Notes under the pieces: generated by a model
What the model was told of the DNA's origin: nothing
What the model saw: the letters and a program-made list of their open reading frames with translations, nothing else
Databases searched by the model: none
From: Takakia lepidozioides
Lineage: Eukaryota; Plantae; Bryophyta
Direction: 5' to 3'
DNA length: 64,000 nucleotides
Assembly (NCBI GenBank): GCA_030704615.1
Contig: CM060733.1
Coordinates: 25,792,001 to 25,856,000, forward strand
Shown: piece by piece, positions 63,900 to 64,000 of the stretch
Position numbering within the stretch: the stretch's first letter is position 1
Layout of the letters: every line of letters starts with the position of its first letter
Translations under genes and position numbers: made by a program

Positions 63900-64000
63900 G
63901 TACTGAACAGACTGACGTCAACATGGTACCAAACACTCTACAGCTGAACAATTCATCAGACTGACAAGACTAACCACAACAGACAATGATGAAACCAGCA

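Overview
Eukaryotic, TE-dense window from a land plant (PLS-E-DYW PPR repeats and spliceosomal introns; probably a non-seed plant, which is inference). I see no intact host gene. Most of it is a nested stack resolved by target-site duplications (TSDs). A scrambled PPR-DYW pseudogene mosaic (about 9.7-12.3 kb and 53.1-56.2 kb) is split by a 40.8-kb compound Ty3/gypsy locus (12338-53104, TSD AGCAT, three LTRs). That locus contains an 18.9-kb CACTA transposon (16269-35186, TSD TAT), whose transposase is interrupted by a 6.4-kb Pack-CACTA carrying PPR fragments (22414-28819, TSD TCT). The flanks hold a PIF/Harbinger-like element (2108-3497, TSD TAA), a SWIM/MULE transposase pseudogene facing a Ulp1 protease gene (59.1-64 kb), and a divergent gene pair (GCM-like zinc domain and a basic protein) followed by a roughly 137-bp-periodic array of a conserved 34-bp palindrome (7.95-9.5 kb). 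Main leads: the palindrome array, CACTA-borne PPR shuffling with a recurrent breakpoint, an integrase read-through of about 1,500 aa, and a TnpA-FCP1-like phosphatase fusion. All family calls are from motif recognition, not database searches.
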